Below, one piece after another: positions 62,675 through 64,000 of a stretch of DNA of 64,000 nucleotides. A program made the translations under genes and the position numbers. Numbering within the stretch: position 1 is the stretch's first letter; the number at the start of each line of letters is the position of its first letter. The notes under the pieces were generated by a model, which was not told the DNA's origin, searched no databases, and saw nothing but the letters and a program-made list of their open reading frames with translations. Source of the stretch: Rhina ancylostomus (taxonomy: Eukaryota); assembly GCA_030265395.1 (NCBI GenBank), contig JARFYF010000029.1, positions 19,364,596-19,428,595 of the forward strand, read 5' to 3'.

Positions 62675-63200
62675 GAATAACAAAACATACCAGAAATACT
62701 CAGTAGATCAGGCATCATCTGCAGAGAAGGAAACAAAGTTCACCTTTCAGTTTGGTGACCTCGCATCAGAACTGATAATTTCTTTTTAAACAAAATAAAC
62801 TTTATTCATAATAAAAATGGGTTGGGAAATTCAAGTCATTAGCACTAAACTCTCACAAGAGTGTTGACCATCAGCTGTGCTCACCACCACACATTCAGTC
62901 CTCTTCAAAGGGAAGGTGTCATGAGATGGAGTATTGGGCTGATTGAGGAGTGGACAATCAGAATGCAGTAACAGAAGGGACACGGTAGATGTAATTGGTG
63001 GCAACATTACACTGGAGACGGCAGAGGATGTTTCATTAAGTGTGGAGGCAGGAGGGCAAGCAGATACCTATTGTAATTCTAGGAAGGAGGTGGGAGTAGA
63101 TGTATGGGGAATGAAACATACATAGTGAAGGTGCCTGTCAGCTACCAGTGGAGCAAAAAAAAAGAACAGGGAATCCTTGGTATTATTCTGACACAGCTAC
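62675..63200 (-). mobile_element. Probable Penelope-like retroelement remnant
   Basis: pLTR-type block at 62680-62775 followed by a degraded purine-rich stretch; no intact motif read. Confidence 0.35.
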
Positions 63201-64000
63201 TCCATTGATGTCACTTTTCATACTGGGAATGCCATCAAGCCTTTTTCCCTTAACTCAGACTCCTCTCCTCTTTAGTGGACAGCAGCCTCAATCTCTCTAT
63301 TCCTGTTCCTGCTCTCACATTTTTGCTTCCCTCCCAGAAATTTACATACCTGACTTCCTACTGCCCCAAATGGGTGAGGTTGAGGGTGGGTCAAAATGAT
63401 GGCAATTGCCACATCAGACATATTTCTTTTGTAGTGCATCTTTTGACTGTTGTCAAGCAAATTAGTCCATGTTGTGACAGAACTCACCATCAGTGGGAAT
63501 TCCCAGAACAGATTTTTGTTACTCAGTGCTGGACTGGGACACTACAAAATCCCATACTTACCATTTATCCTTTGTGTCCCTGCCATACTGTTGTTGACCC
63601 ACCTTCCCTACAATTCTCCACCCCCTCCCAACTACATCATCACATGTCCCAATTGATTTCCCCCTGCTAACCCTTGGAGGTCCTAATCTCCACACCACCC
63701 AACTGCCAGTGCCCTGAATCCAATCAGAGCTACTACCACCCACATAACTTGATTGTCCACAATAGATCCACCACCCACTTCTCCAGTCAGCTAGCTGATC
63801 CATCCGACCCATAATCACCAAACCACCACACCCCCTGCTCACCCACCAGCCTCAAATGGATCTGACGCAGCCCTCTTTTCCCTTCCCTTGTACCCAGCCT
63901 TAGTCCTGGAATGCAAAGTCTGCTCAACAATACTGGAATCTGTGGCCTCAAGTGTTAAGATTTACAGTGACAGCCCGACATAGGACACGCTGACCAAATA

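Noticed and set aside
1-64000. CRISPR array, operon or phage/defence system
   Set aside because: The DNA is a spliced vertebrate gene with retroposons; no regularly spaced repeats and no dense prokaryotic ORFs.
47050-64000. A neighbouring gene such as ADCK2 upstream of DENND2A
   Set aside because: No kinase-like or other conserved exons recognised; the coding-like stretches resolve to transposon fossils.

Overview
Vertebrate genomic DNA from a gapped scaffold. The repeats point to a cartilaginous fish, probably a ray: HE1/V-SINE-type tRNA SINEs, CR1, L2 and Rex1-type LINE tails, Deu-domain SINEs and Penelope-type fold-backs. One minus-strand gene dominates the window, a DENND2-family Rab GEF that best matches DENND2A. 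I reconstructed 19 coding exons by hand, from ATG at 47037 to TAA at 3792. All introns are GT-AG with consistent phases, giving 3393 nt (about 1130 aa) if a 10-N gap in the large exon is sized correctly. The 3' UTR runs toward about 1.3 kb. Non-coding 5' exon(s) and the promoter lie above 47049 and are not pinned down. Introns and upstream DNA hold many decayed transposons, including three PIF/Harbinger transposase fossils and remnants of their Myb/SANT-type partner ORF. The best leads are a frame-preserving 39-nt candidate cassette exon where the conserved ENPYEDI motif is missing, a possible alternative last exon, an isolated 53-bp direct repeat, and the Harbinger fossils. I see no prokaryotic-type system and no clearly new multi-gene system. 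Comparisons to known proteins and repeats are from memory, not from searches.
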